Shown: piece by piece, positions 36,250-49,699 of the stretch
Position numbering within the stretch: the first letter of the stretch is position 1
Layout: each line of letters begins with the position of its first letter
Source: Squalus acanthias
Lineage: Eukaryota
Assembly: GCA_030390025.1 (NCBI GenBank)
Contig: CM059431.1
Span: 103,852,001 to 103,916,000, forward strand
Reading direction: 5' to 3'
Length of the DNA: 64,000 nucleotides
Made by a program: the position numbers and the translations under genes
The notes under the pieces: model-generated
The model's database searches: none
Told to the model about the DNA's origin: nothing
Seen by the model: only the letters and a program-made list of their open reading frames with translations

Positions 36250-37226
36250 CATAGAAAAATAGAAACATAGAAGATAGGAGCAGGAGTAGGCCATTCGGCC
36301 CCTCGAGCCTGCTCCGCCATTCGATGAGATAATGTCTGATCATCCAAACTCAGTACCCTGTCTCTGCCTTCTTCCCATATCCCTTGATACTTTTAGCCTT
36401 AAGAAATATATCTAACTCCTTCTTGAATATATTTACTGACTTGGCCTCAACTGCCTTCTGTGGTAGAGAATTCCACAGGTTCACCACTCTCTGGGTGAAG
36501 AAATTCCTCCTCATCTCTGTCCTAAATGGCTTACCCCTTATCTTTAGACTTTGACCTCTTGTTCTGGACTCACCCGCCATCGGGAACATCCTTCCTGCAT
36601 CCAGTCTGTCTAGCCCTGTTAGAATTTTATAAGTTTCAATGAGATCTCCTCTCATTCTTCTAAACTCCAGCGAGTATAAGCCCAATCGACCCAATCTCTT
36701 CTCGTACGTCATTCCTGCCATCCCAGGTATCAGTCTGGTGAATCTTCGCTGCACTCCCTCCATGGCAAGAACATCCTTCCTCAGATAAGGCAACCAAAAC
36801 TGCACACAATACTCAAGGTGTGGTCTCACCAAGGCCCTGTACAGCTGCAGCAAGACATCCTTGTTCCTGTACTCAAACCCTCTCGCTACGAAGGCCAACA
36901 TACCATTTGCCTTCTTAACCGCCTGCTGTACCTGCATGCTTACCTTCAGCGACTGGTGCACAAGGTCACCCAGGTCTCATTGCACTACCCCTTCTCACAA
37001 TCTATTGCCATTCAGATAATAATCTGCCTTTCTGTTTTTGCCACCAAAGTGGATAACCTCGCATTTATCCACATTATACTGCATCTGTGATGCTTCTGCC
37101 CAATCACCCAACCTGTTCAAATCATACTGGAGTTTCTCGGCATCCTCCTCGCAGCACACACGCCCACCCAGCTTTGTGTCATCTGCAAACTTGGAGATAT
37201 TACATCTAGTTCCCTCGTCTAGATCA
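36250..37226 (-). mobile_element. CR1 with RT C-terminal half
   Basis: YINDLDEG...SKFADDTKL...NVDKCEVIHFG; ORF 36350-36961; (TTCTATGT)n-type tail. Confidence 0.95.
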
Positions 37227-37565
37227 TTAATATATACAGTGAATAGCTCCCCGTTCTTGACAGTACAGTGTTGGGGCCAGTATGCATCTCCTGACTGCGA
37301 GGCTTCATCATATTTGCCCTTCTCCTCTGAGATGTTGATGGGGCCTGGGTGAATCTCTAAGGAACTGACTGTGGAAGTAGCTCCATAATCAGTGCAATTA
37401 CTCCAGGCACAGCCAATCACAATGGGCACAGTTAAATATTATTGACAAACGTATTTTATAAGATGTTATGAGCAGGGGTCAGCCGTGGCTCAGTGGGTAG
37501 CGCTCTCACCTCTGAGATGAGAGTGCAATAATATTTAACTAAGTCTTGCACGTAGCATATATAAT

Positions 37566-38307
37566 GGCCCAAAAATTAGTGCCTCTACGCGAGAGTACGC
37601 ACTGTGTACTCTCGCGTATTCTGTCTCCAATTGCCGGTTTTCTGCATGCACTGCGCATGCACTGAAAACCGGCACTTGGTGATTTCAAAAGGGGGCGGTT
37701 CCTAGGTGAACCGCGTGCGCGCTACAGGCTGCGCGCACGCAGTGCACTTAGTGCTTTGAACGCGCAGGTAAGTATGGAAGATTTTGCACATAAAGAAAGG
37801 AGGCGTAAGACCCTCTTTTAACAAGGTAAGTAGTTAATTAAGTATTATTTTGAATTTTTTTCAACAGGTATATCTTTTTTAGAGACTTTAAAGAAAGGTA
37901 AGTTTATTTTTATAACTTTTTAAAAGATTTTAAATTTTTTCAAAAATTTAATTTTTTGTTTAAAGTGGTTAATTTATTTAACTATACTTATTTTATTAAT
38001 GTGATGTTTTTTTTTAAATTTAATTGTGGTTTAGCTGTTCTTTTGGGGGGGTATAGATTCATAGCTTTCACAGCACTTGATGTGAAAACTATGAATGAAA
38101 GATGGTGTGCTGCCATTGGCTCTAACTGAATCACGTGATCCCACAGCTCGCACGAATTAACTGCGCCTGTGGGATACGCAAGCACTGCCCAGCTGCTGTC
38201 TAGAACATCAAGTTCATGCGAGCTGGGAATGAAAAAGCCGGCGCGCAGTGAGATATCGCGGGGAAGCCTTACCCCCGCACGAAGGCTCCCTCACTAATTT
38301 TTGGGCC
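37566..38307. mobile_element. MITE, PIF/Harbinger-like; distant relative of family B
   Basis: Perfect 16-bp TIR GGCCCAAAAATTAGTG; AAT duplicated at 37563-37565 and 38308-38310. Confidence 0.9.
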
Positions 38308-38344
38308 AATGTCACTGTGCCAAGGCTGACACTAATAAAAGGAA

Positions 38345-38780
38345 AAAAAAAACTTGTGTCTTTCATGACCTCAGGATGTCACAAAGCTCTTTATACTCAA
38401 TTAAGTACTTTTGAAGTGTAGTCACTGTTGTAACGTAAGAAACACAGCAGGCAATTTATGCACAGCAAGCTCCCACAAATAGCAATGTGATAACGACCAG
38501 ATCATCTATTTTTAGCTGTTGGTTGAGGGATAAATATTGGTTAGTATATCAGGGAGCACTCACCTGCTCTTCTTTGAAATACGTCCACCCAAGAGGGCAG
38601 ATTGGGCCTCGGTTTAATATCTCATCCGAAAGACGGCACCTCCGACAGTGCAGCACTCCCTCAGTACCGCACTGGGAGTGTCAGCCTAGAATTTCTGTGC
38701 TACAAAGTCTCTGGAGTGGGACTTGAACCCACAACCTTCAGAATCAACAGCAAGAGTGCTACGCAGTGAGTCATGGGTGC
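38345..38780 (-). mobile_element. DeuSINE
   Basis: Collinear with the other copies. Confidence 0.85.
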
Positions 38781-39335
38781 CGCTGTATATAAACAATTTT
38801 GTTAAGTATAAGTATTTTCATATACAAATTAAACCGCATATCCACATGCCTATGTTGGAAAATGGCTGTCAAAAAAAAAATCTCCCTGCAAAAACATGCT
38901 GTATATCATTTTGAAAGTTATGAAAATATATTTCCATAAACAAAGCGTAATGAGCAGAAGCAATTTCATCAACAGCAAGAAGAAATATGGACTGCAAGTG
39001 CCATTCTCCTACAACTGAGCAAACACCATTTGTGTAGCCACATGGGATTTCCAGATATATGTCTTTTAAATTGGTTATGAGCAATCGTAGTCTTGACTAA
39101 CTATATTCCATTCTGCATGCTCCGTAGGAATTGTATAACCGGGATTTTTGTTGGGTCCTTTGACTGTGAATGTACCAGTAACTTTGAAACAAAAAATCTC
39201 AGAAATGATGTTTGCGCTATCTTTTTCTGGAGAGATGCATCAAAGGAACAAAGCCCGTAGCAAAGCACTTGCAAGTATGGAAGAAAGAAAGAAAGAAAGA
39301 CTGGCATTTCTATCGCGCCTTTCACGACCACAGAC

Positions 39336-39740
39336 CGTCAGCTGTGGCTCAGTTGGTAGCACCCTCACCTCTGAGTCAGAAAGATGGTGGGTCCAGAGAC
39401 TTGAGCACAAAAATCTAGGCTGACACTCCCAGTGCAGTGCTGGGGGAGTGCTGCACTGTCGGAGGTGCCGTCATTCGGATGAGATGTTAAACCGTTCTCT
39501 CAAGTGGATGTAAAAGATCCCATGGCACTATTTCGAAGAAGAGCAGGTGAGTTATCCCCAGTGTCCTGGGGCCAATATTTATCCCTCAACCAACATAACT
39601 AAAACAGATTATCTGGTCATTATCTCATTGCTGTTTGTGGGAGCTTGCTGCGTGCAAATTGGCTGCCGCGTTTCCTACATTCGGGACGTATGTCCCTACT
39701 TTGGGGTGAAAGGTGCTATATGAATGTAAGTCTTTCTTTC
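39336..39740 (+). mobile_element. DeuSINE inserted in an oppositely oriented DeuSINE tail (39282-39333 and 39741-39800)
   Basis: The flanks join into the minus-strand tail. Confidence 0.85.
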
Positions 39741-39823
39741 AAAGCACTTTACAACCAATGTACTTTTGAAGGGTAGTCACTGTTGTAATGTAGGAAATGT
39801 TTAGACACTTGCGGGGAGGGGCA

Positions 39824-40007
39824 GGGGTTGAAATTGGTTTGGGGCGGTCGTGCAAATGGGCGATGGCGAATGGGCAGCCCATTTTACAACCCGCCGAATC
39901 TTCTTTCTCGTTGACTTCAGTGGAACAGTAAATCGGGCGGGGTGTAAATCAGGCTACCCGTTCAATATCGCCCGTTTGCGCTACCGTCCGAAACCAATTT
40001 CGCCCCC
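39824..40007. mobile_element. Short foldback MITE
   Basis: GGGGTTGAAATTGGTTT / AAACCAATTTCGCCCCC; near-palindromic throughout; central TTGACTTCAGTGG. Confidence 0.8.
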
Positions 40008-40618
40008 TTGTATTCCGATGCTCGTAAACACCTTTTGCACGTGTGGTCTGCCTTAGACTACAGTATGTTTCTTGCGATATACCATTTGCTGTATTAACCG
40101 GAATTGCAAGATTGCATCAGATACATATGATTATCCGCACGCCATTTATTCTATAGCTGGCCATGAAGTAATGGTAAAAACAAATCCATACCAAAACAAT
40201 TATGTGTGGCACTTGTTACAAATTGTATCTGCTCCCACAGTCTAATTTTGAAAGTCACGCATTCAATACAATTCACCCTGAACTGACTGATGAATATGAG
40301 TCACGGAATTAATCAGTGAAAGCTGATAAACACTTTTCTGACCTACAGCAACAGATTAGCCCTGCAAAATAAATGGTATACTGTGTCAGAAGTGAGGAAA
40401 CTAAAATAGATGTTAAGCAGGAAAAATCTCCCCTAAGGATGAATTTGAAATTTTGTACTTTTCTGTTGAATACCGCAAAATGGTCTACCTTACTAAACTA
40501 CTAGATTACAGATCAGCATTAAATCCAGCACAAAATTGCTTTGGTAATATTGCAAAATATAACTCAATTCCCATGAGTCAATTAAATTGTTGTGTGCGTC
40601 TCATAATTTTAAGCTAAC

Positions 40619-41030
40619 GGTTACAGTAGCATAGTGGTTATGCTACTCGACTAGTAATCCAGCAAAGGCCTGGACTAATGATCCATAGACGTGAGTTCAA
40701 ATCCCACCACGGCAGCTGGGGAATTTAAAATCAGTTAATTAAATAAAGTTGGAATAAAAAAGCTAGTATCAGTAATGGTGGCCATGAAACTACCGGATTG
40801 TCGTAAAAACCCATCTGGTTCACTCATCTCCTTTATTAGGGAAAGAAAGACTTGCATTTCTATAGCGCCTTTCACGACCACCGGACGGCTCAAAGCGCTT
40901 TGCAGCCAATGAAGTACTTTTTGAAGTGGAGTCACTGTTGTAATATGGGAAACGCGGCAGCCAATTTGCGCACAGCAAGCTCCCACAAACAGCAGTGTGA
41001 TAATGACCAGATAATCTGTTTATGTTATGT
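40619..41030. mobile_element. Truncated SINE (40619-40843, plus) abutting a DeuSINE tail (40840-41030, minus)
   Basis: Match to 29642-30018 and to the DeuSINE copies. Confidence 0.85.
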
Positions 41031-41524
41031 TGGCCGTGCCAGTGACGGCCACATCCTGTGGATGGAGGAAAAAAATAAAATTGAGTCCTATAAAAATCTT
41101 TCTGCAATTATTGGGTTAATAGTCCTGATTCACTTCATAGGATGCTCCTGCTGAAGACTGAGCCAGTAACCTGTCTGAGCACCCGAAAGATGAACACATC
41201 ATTTGAATTGGAAGCTCTGGGGGATTCTGAGATTACTTGCTTGCTCTCCGAGCTGTAGAAAGATTACTCAGAAGCGGTTATGAAACAGATTTAGCAGAAC
41301 AATGTGGGAATGGCAATTATTAAATCTAGAATTCAGACCTAAACTGACTTTTCTCTGTGTACTGTTGTCGATATCTTTTGTGCTCCTGGCAAAGTGCTTC
41401 ACAAGTTGGGAGCACTGAAGATTAAAAACAAATACGCTATAGTGTTGAGGGCCGATTGTGCGTGTATTGTAACATCCTCTGCTGGTTAGCGGATCGACTT
41501 ATTTAATGTCACTGCTTTGCTTGG

Positions 41525-41968
41525 TTAAAGAAATAAAGAAATAACTTGCAGTTATATAGCGCCTTTCACGACCACCGGACATCCCAAAGCACTTTACAGC
41601 CAATGAAATATTTTCGATGTGCAGTCGCTGCTGTAATGTATGACAAACTGTAGCCAATTTCCGCACAGCAAGGTCTCACAAACAACAATGTGATAATGAC
41701 CAGGTAACCTGTTTTAGCGATGTTGGTTGAGGGATAAATATTGGCCCAGGTCTCCGGGGATAACTCCCCCCGCTCTTCTTCGAAATAGAGCCGTGAGAGG
41801 GCAGACGGGGGCCCTCGGTTTAACGCCACTCGGAAAGGCGGCACCTCCGACAGTGCAGCGCTCCTTCAGCACTGCACCGGGGGTGTCAGCCTGGGTTATG
41901 CGCTCAAGTCCCTGGAGTGGGACTTGAACCCACAACCTCCTGAATACCTACTGAGCCATGGCTGACAG
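41525..41968 (-). mobile_element. DeuSINE
   Basis: Head, body and tail. Confidence 0.85.
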
Positions 41969-42196
41969 CTTAAGAGTTGGCCACTCAGGAGGGGCATCCA
42001 GCATATGGAACCGCCACCTTGCACCTGTTGCCCCCCTCACCTGCCACGTCCTGTGCTCCCATTCCTCACCTGCGTCTCCCTTGTTGCTGCCTCCTCCGCC
42101 TCAACACTAAATAATGTTTACAAAGCGTGTGTTCTTGGGCTTTTGATTGATTCAAATGTAGGTGATGAAGCTTGGTAGCATAGAGAATGCTTCTGT

Positions 42197-42673
42197 AAAG
42201 AAACAAAGAAAGACTTGCATTTATATAGCGCCTTTCACGACCACCAGATGTCTCAAAGCGCTTTACAGTCAATGAAGTACTTTTGGAGTGGAGTCACTGT
42301 TGTAATGTGGGAAAAGCGACAGCCAATTTGTGCACAGCAAGCTCCCGCAAACAGCAATTGTGATAATGAGCAGATAATCTGTTTTTGTTATGTTGATTGA
42401 GCAATAAATATTGGCCAGGACACCGGGGAAAACTCCCCTACTCTTCTTCAAAACAGTGCCAAGGGATCTTTTACGTCCACCTGAAAGAGCAGACGGGGCC
42501 TCGGTTTAACATCTCATCCGAAAGACAGCACCTACCGACTGTGCAGCAGTCCCTCAGCACTGCACTCCAGTGTCAGCCTAGCTTTATGTGTTCAAGTCCC
42601 TGGAAGTGGGACTTGAACCCACAACCTTCTGACTCAAAAAGCAAGTGTGCTATCCACTGAGCCACAGCTGACA
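42197..42673 (-). mobile_element. DeuSINE, full length
   Basis: Head, body and tail. Confidence 0.9.
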
Positions 42674-43991
42674 CTATACTATACAGCCATACTAATGAGG
42701 ATACTGTTTCTCCAAACTCTGCACAGAGTATAATGTGCACAATTTATATGTAAGCGCAATTATCATTGTGTTTTTTTGTTGTTGCATGAACCAGGAAGCA
42801 CTTGTGGGCAGTGTTTAAGGACATGTTAATGTAATGTAATCATAAAATACATTTTGCCTGGTATATAGCAGATGATGCTTGACCAGAACCGTCCAAAACT
42901 TCCCTCCCTGTGAATGGCCACCTGTAGTGTTCACGTGATGTCATGGCTTTCTCTTGGGATGACCTCCGACTTGTTCCACCCTTTGCCCTGTTGTTCAATG
43001 AAACATTGGCCTTTTAACGTAACAGTAAAATGAAATAAGAAGAAAAAGAACAAAGTATGTGTGCCTTGCATATCCGCGTCAGCATAATGTGCCTTTATTG
43101 TTTCATTCAAAACTTTTGAAAAGTTATAATTAAAATCCACCCATACGTGTTCCTCACATCCATTTTAAGAAGGGGTGACAGTCTTGTATTGTCTTGGTGA
43201 TCTCTTTCATCTCAGGTTTTGAAAGTGGCCGACCCTAAGTTGACCTAGTTGGTGACTTATTGTCAGGCTTTCTGAATCTGAAGCATGTTCCTAGATCATT
43301 TGCTTGGAGCAAAAGTTTCAGAAGAATGCTGGCGGTAAGGACCTCAATATCGGGATCCATTAAAGGGGGGGGGGTGTCACAAATTCATGGCTATAATTTC
43401 ATATGGAAGTAAAATATGCCACCACTATCTTGATTTGCATTTATTTTCTGCATAATGAGGCAAATTAGCCCTTTATTCTTCAAAATAGCAAACGATTCAT
43501 TGTACAAAAGCACAGTTTCTTGTACTTACACTGCCCTGAAGAGGTGCTGTAAATTCTGTGTAATCCTGTGTAAAATTCCCTCTATAGCTTACACTTAAAA
43601 TGTTACATTGTCAGCGTGCTCATTTTCCGTTGCTGATTGTGAACTACATTCTGGATTTGGCTGATTGTTAAAACCTTTCCAGAATTTTACTTTGTGTGTG
43701 CTCTACTGGTTATAGGCTAGAGATTACTGTTGCCAAAATTAGCAGATAAATATTTAATGCTTTCTGCCTGCTATTTAAGAGAGTCATTAACCCATTTATT
43801 TTAAAAGTTAAGCACTTATCCCCCCCTAACAGCCTTTTAAAGTGATCACGGGTCATGGTTCAGATATTTCTGTTGCTGGCGCTATGGCAGTGGATGGAAT
43901 GTTGTCAGGTATATTTTGATATTAAATCAAGAGGTGACAAAATTGCCATTGGTTTGCAATTTTTTAACCGACCATCAATAATTGGGAGTAA

Positions 43992-44762
43992 TTTTTTTAA
44001 TTTATTCATTCATGGGATGTGGGCGTTGCTGGCAAGGCCAGCATTTATTGCCCATCCCTAATTGCCCTTGAGAAGGTGGTGGTGAGCCGCCTTCTTGAAT
44101 CGCTGCAGTCCGTGTGGTGATGGTACTCCCACAGTGCTGTTAGGGAGGGAGTTGCAGGATTTTGACCCAGCGATGATGAAGGATCGGCGATATACTTCTA
44201 AGTCAGGACGGCGTGTGACTTGGAGGGGAACTTGGAGGTGGTGGAGTTCCCATGCGCCTGCTGCCCTTGTCCTTCTAAGTGGAAGAGGTCGCGGGTTTGG
44301 GAGGTGCTGCCGAAGAAGCCTTGACGAGTTGCTGCAGTGTATCTTGTAGCTGGTACACACTGCAGCCACGGTGCACCGGTGGTGGAGGGAGTGAACGTTT
44401 AAGGGGGTGGATGTGGTGCCAATCAAGCGGGCTGCTTTGTCCTGGGTGGTGTCGAGCTTCTTGAGTGTTGTTGGAACTGCACTCATCCAGGCAAGTGGAG
44501 AGTATTCCATCACACTCCTGACTTGTGCCTTGTAGGTGGTGGAAAGGCTTTGGGGAGTCAGGAGGTGAGACACTCGCCGCAGAATACCCAGCCTGACCTG
44601 CTCTTGTAGCCACAGTATTTATGTGGCTGGTCCAGTTAAGTCTCTGGTCAATGGTGAGCCCCTAGGATGTTGATGCTGGGGGATTCGGTGATGGTAATGC
44701 CTTTGAATGTCAAGGGGAGGTGGTTAGACTCACCCTTGTTGGAGATGGTCATTGACTGGCAC
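43992..44762 (-). mobile_element. LINE-B 3' 770 bp
   Basis: ORF 44058-44573. Confidence 0.92.
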
Positions 44763-45314
44763 TAATGCAGTAATTGCAATGATTGCTATACCAGTAAGCG
44801 CAATCGAATTAAGTTAATAATTAAGTGGGTGGACAATATGAAAATAACCATTAAGTGGGTGGATAATATGAAAATAACCCAGTTACAATTTTAAGACACA
44901 GAGCAGAATGGATGGTATTTAACCTAACTTAATTTTGACCGGTTATCATTATACCGCCATGAAAACATTCTCCGAACAAAGGCTGCCTTTTTGTTGCAGG
45001 AGGAGCTTCACTCATTTCCTTTTTTTTTACAGGTAACTGCAGAACCTATGGAACAGAGACGGAGCGATAGAATTTTATCCTGCAATAACATTTATCAGCT
45101 TAGAACTCATTACTTGGGTCTTTCTGAAAGGCTATTCGAAAAGAGATTTAGGTAGAGAAAGAGAAACTAGAGAACGATTTACAAACTCAATCTGTAATTT
45201 CTGCGGATGAACCGGTACCCATGTTGGTCTGATCTCTATACTATTGGTTCCTTCCAGAAATTAAACAGGCAGCTGTCAGTCCAACATATCATATTGATAT
45301 TTAGCCTTGGGGCT

Positions 45315-47062
45315 AAAAGGGTTAAGTTATTAGGACAGGTTGCACAGACTAGGTTTGCATTCCCTCAATTAAGGGGTGATCTAATTGAGGTATTTAAGGT
45401 GATCGACGATGTTGATAGGGTAGATAGAGAGAAACTATTTCCTCTGGGGGGGGTGGCGGAGTCCAGAACAAGGGGGCACAACCTTAAAATTAGAGCCAGG
45501 GCCGTTCAGGGGTGATGTTCGGAAGCACTTCTTCACACAAAGGGCAATGGAAATCTGGAACTCTCTCCCCCCTAAAAAGCTGTTGAGGCTGGGGGTCAAT
45601 TGAAAATTTCAAAACTGAGATTGATTGATTTTTGTTGGGCAAGGGTATTAAAGGACATGGAACCAAGGCGGGTAGATGGAGTTAAGATACAGATCAGCCA
45701 TGATCTCATTGAAAGGTGGAACAGGCTTGAGGGGCTGAATGGCCTCCTCCTGTTCCTATGTTCGTATGTTTGTCATATACAGTAGGTCACCGATGTTTTG
45801 CTCAAAAGAATATGCCATATAATATGATTCTTTAGGCCAAGCAGAAGCATCTGGATTCTCAGGCAGAGTTCCTTGCCATTTCTGGGTAACCCAACAGGAT
45901 TGGTGCTATTAACTCCACATGTACACTGTTCATAGTGTCTTATGAAGTGGTCCATAAATGGCTTTATAACATGGGACACATGGGAAAATTAAAATTTGAG
46001 TAACCATAACTCAAGCTCCTAAAAAATGCTCTTTTCTCTAGAGTAAGGAAGTCTTACTACAATTGTACAGGGCTTTGGTGAAACCACACCTGGAGTACTG
46101 TGCACAGTTTTGGTCTCCTTATCTGAGGAAGGTACATATATGCCATAGAGGCGGTGCAACAAAGGTTCACTAGATTGATCCCTGGGATGAGAGGGTTGTC
46201 CTATGAGGAGAGATTGAGTAGATTGGGCCTATACTCTCTGGAGTTTAGAAGAGTGAGAGGTGATCTCATTGAAACATATAAGATTCTGAGGGAGATTGAC
46301 AGGGTAGATGCTGAGAGGTTGTTTCCCCTGGCTGGAGAGTCTAGAACTAGGGGACATAGTCTCAGGATAAGTGGTCGGCCTTTTAAGACTGAGATGAGGA
46401 GGAATTTCTTCACTCAGAGGATTGTGAATCTTTGTTATTCTCTAACCCAAAGGGCTGTGGATGCTGAGTTGTTGAGTATATTCAAGGCTGAGATAGACAG
46501 ATAGATGGACCCTAGAGAAATCAAGGGATATGGGGATCGGGCAGGAAAGTGGAGTTGAGGTCGAAGATCAGCCCTGATCTTACTGAATGGCGGAGCAGGC
46601 TCGAAGGGCCGTATGGCCGACTCCTGCTCTTAATTCTTATGTTCTTATGTTCGTAAAAGAGAAGGCTGAGGGGTGGCCGGATAGAGGTCTTTAAGATTAT
46701 GGAGTTGTTCAATAGGGTAGACGTAGAGAAGATGTTTTCACTTGTGGGGGAGATCAAAACTAGGGGTCATAAGTATAAGACAGTCCCTAATAAATCCAAT
46801 AAGGATTCAGGAGAAACTTCTTTACCCAGAGAGTGATTAGAATGTGGAACTCGCTACCACGGGGAGTAGTTGAGGCGACTAGCACAGATACATTTAAGGG
46901 GAAGCTAGTTAAGTACATGAGGGAAAAAGGAATAGAAGGTTATGTTGATGGGGTGAGATGAAGAGGGGTGGGAGGAGGCTGGTGTGGAGCATAAACACCG
47001 GCACAGACCAGTTGGGTCGAATGGCCTGTTTTTGTGCTGTACATTCTATGTAATTCTTATGT
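45315..47062 (+). mobile_element. Three CR1 3' ends (45315-45770, 46040-46650, 46655-47062)
   Basis: RGDLIE/RTRGH/FFTQR motifs and CR1 tails. Confidence 0.88.
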
Positions 47063-48134
47063 AATCAGTTTTCAGTCCTCTTGGGATATATATGTAGCAC
47101 GTTTTTAAAGACGTAGATACAGAATCATACTGCCTTTTCTACATCTTCTAACCTCTAGACCCTATCAAGGATTATTAAGTAGTTTACTTCTATCAATATA
47201 ATTTATGCCTCTTAGCATTTTAAAGATTGGAATGGTGTTTTCTTCAGGTATCTTTACTCCAATCAAAATATGGTCAGCTCGGCAAGTGCCTCCTCAGAAC
47301 TTAGACTGAGAATTTCCTCAGAGCTGCATCGCTGTAATTTCGACAGAAGTGTGTCAGTGCAAGTTTATTAAGGGTTACGGATCCAAGTTGGGCTGGTGGA
47401 GTTAAGATACAGAAAAGCCACGATCTAATTGAATGGCAGAACAGGCTCGAGGAGCTGAATGGTCTACTCCTGTTCTTATGTTCCAAGAAAACCCCACAAA
47501 GTTCCAGCAACGGAGCAGGAGCAGCTCCAAGGAACATCTCGGCCCTAGAATCCTAAGTCCTCGAATCATTCTTGTCCGTCTTCTCTGAATATTCGCCCTC
47601 TCCCTCAGGGCAGACTTGCTCAGAGAATGAGATTGATAACATTTTCTCCCACTGCCCTAACAGTTAAGCATTTATCTTGATCTTCAAGATCAGGTCCATT
47701 GCAACGAATGTTGAACTAAAGAGCAAATCAGAATGCACCTGCAATAAACCTGCTGAGCCACTTGTTAAGCTTCTGACCCTGCACGTCAAAGCGTCGTACC
47801 CGTGAAAGTTGGCTAATGCACTTTTATACTGACTGTGCCTCTGGAGCTTTTTGCTCTGATTGGCTCAGGTAAAAACATGGGAAACCATAGAATCACACAG
47901 AATGTACAGCACAGAAAGAGGCCAGTCGGCCTAACAGATCCGTGCCGGTGTTTGTGCTCCACACCAGCCTTACCTCACCTCACCCTATCAGCATACCCAA
48001 TACAGAATTCAGGAGAAACTCCTTTACCCAGAGACTGGCAATAATGTGAAACTTTCTACCACCAGGAGCGGTTGAGGCGAAGAGCATAGATGCCTTTAAG
48101 GGGTAGCTAGATAAACACATGAGGGAGAAAAGAA

Positions 48135-48640
48135 TGCGGTCTTCTCTACACTGGGGAGCCCAAACGCAGATTGGCCGATTGCTTTGCTGAGCACCTCCGT
48201 TCAAACCGCAAGCGTGACCCTGAGCTCCCGGTTGCTTGCCATTTTAATTCTCCATCCCACTCCCACTCTGACCTCTCTGTCCTCGGCCTCCTACACTGCT
48301 CCAGTCAAGCTCAATGGAAGCTCGAGGAACAGCCCCTCATCTTTCGGTTAGGCACTTTACAGCCTTCCGGATTTACATTGAGCTCAGCAATTTCAGATCA
48401 GAACCATTGCTCCCATTTTTTCAGACAGCCGGTGATGGTAATGATTCTGCTGTTCATTTAATCTCTCCTGCCCTCCACCCTATCCCAGACATTGCCTTTC
48501 CTTCCCTCCCCCCTTTCCCTGCGTTTGTTCTTGCTTAGCACCTGTCAGTTCTGACCGAAGGCCTGAAACGTTAACTCTGTTTCTCTCTCCACAGATGCTG
48601 CTTGGCCGGCTGAATATTTCCAGCATTTTCTGTTTATATA
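48135..48640 (+). mobile_element. Penelope-like element 3' end (GIY-YIG C-terminal part and pseudo-LTR) within CR1 pieces 47885-48828
   Basis: DCFAEHLRS...PVACHFNSPSHSHSDL...KLEEQ.LIFRLGTLQPSG; degenerate hammerhead CTGACCGAAGGCCTGAAACGTTAACT. Confidence 0.85.
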
Positions 48641-49699
48641 GCATGTCCTTCTATTCCTTTCTCCCTTAAGTGTTTATCTAGTTACCCCTTAAATCCATCT
48701 GTTATTCGCTTCAACCACTCCGTGTGGTAACGAGTTAAACATTCTCACCACTCACTGTGGTTTCTCCTGAATTCCCTAATGGATTTATTGATGACTGTCT
48801 TATATTGATGGCCCCTAGTTTTGGACTCAAAGAAAGACTTGGTATAGTTCCTTTCACGACCTCAGGACATCTCAAAGCACTTTACAGCCAATGAAGAACC
48901 AAATATATTGAGAAGAGTCTGTGTTAACTCATTTCTGGTATCAACCATTCCAATCCCTGGAGCAATTCTTTCTCCATGTGCTTTCTCCATCCTAGACATT
49001 GGGGACTTGTGTATGGCATACTTTTTATGGATTATACCAGCCCATAACAGAACCATTAACATTGTCCATTTCATCACATCCAAAGCCTGGACTCTCTATA
49101 AGACATCAATACCCCTTTGAAGACTAAAAAAATCGTCAGCATATTTCATATCATCACTAAAGCAGATTATCTGGCCATTCATCTCTGCTGTTTGTGGGAC
49201 CTTGCTGTGCTGCCATGTTTCCTACATTACAACAGTGACTATACTTCAAATGCACTTCATTGGCTGTAAAGCACTTTGGGACATTCTGAGGTCATGAAAG
49301 GTGCTATAGAAATCCAAGTCTTTCTATCCTTTATAAGAAGAAATACTTTTCTCTGAGTAGTTTACGAACAATGTGAAGCTCAGGAGAAGCAGATCACAAC
49401 GCTTGATTTCTTATTATCGGAAAATCTCACCTGTGGAGACAAGAGACAAGGGGGAGTTGGGTTGGGGGTGGCGGGGGGGGGCGGAGCTGGGGCGTAATTT
49501 TGATCTAACCCACCTGGCGGGAAACTGACCTGATTGCATTGACCACCCGTTTTACATTCCACTCGATTTTACTTTTCAATCAAAATCAGATGGGATGCAA
49601 AGTGGGCAACTTGGAAGGGATTGGTCGATTTTAGTTAAAGTGGCATGGGGATCCAGATGAAGTTATCGGAGCACGGCTTTTCCATGTTAATCAGGCCCT

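Noticed and set aside
42860..43060. Minus-strand polypyrimidine tract and possible exon
   Set aside because: Weak AAG acceptor, no good donor, unrecognised peptide.
44820..44880. 2 x 30-bp tandem duplication
   Set aside because: Ordinary local slippage duplication.
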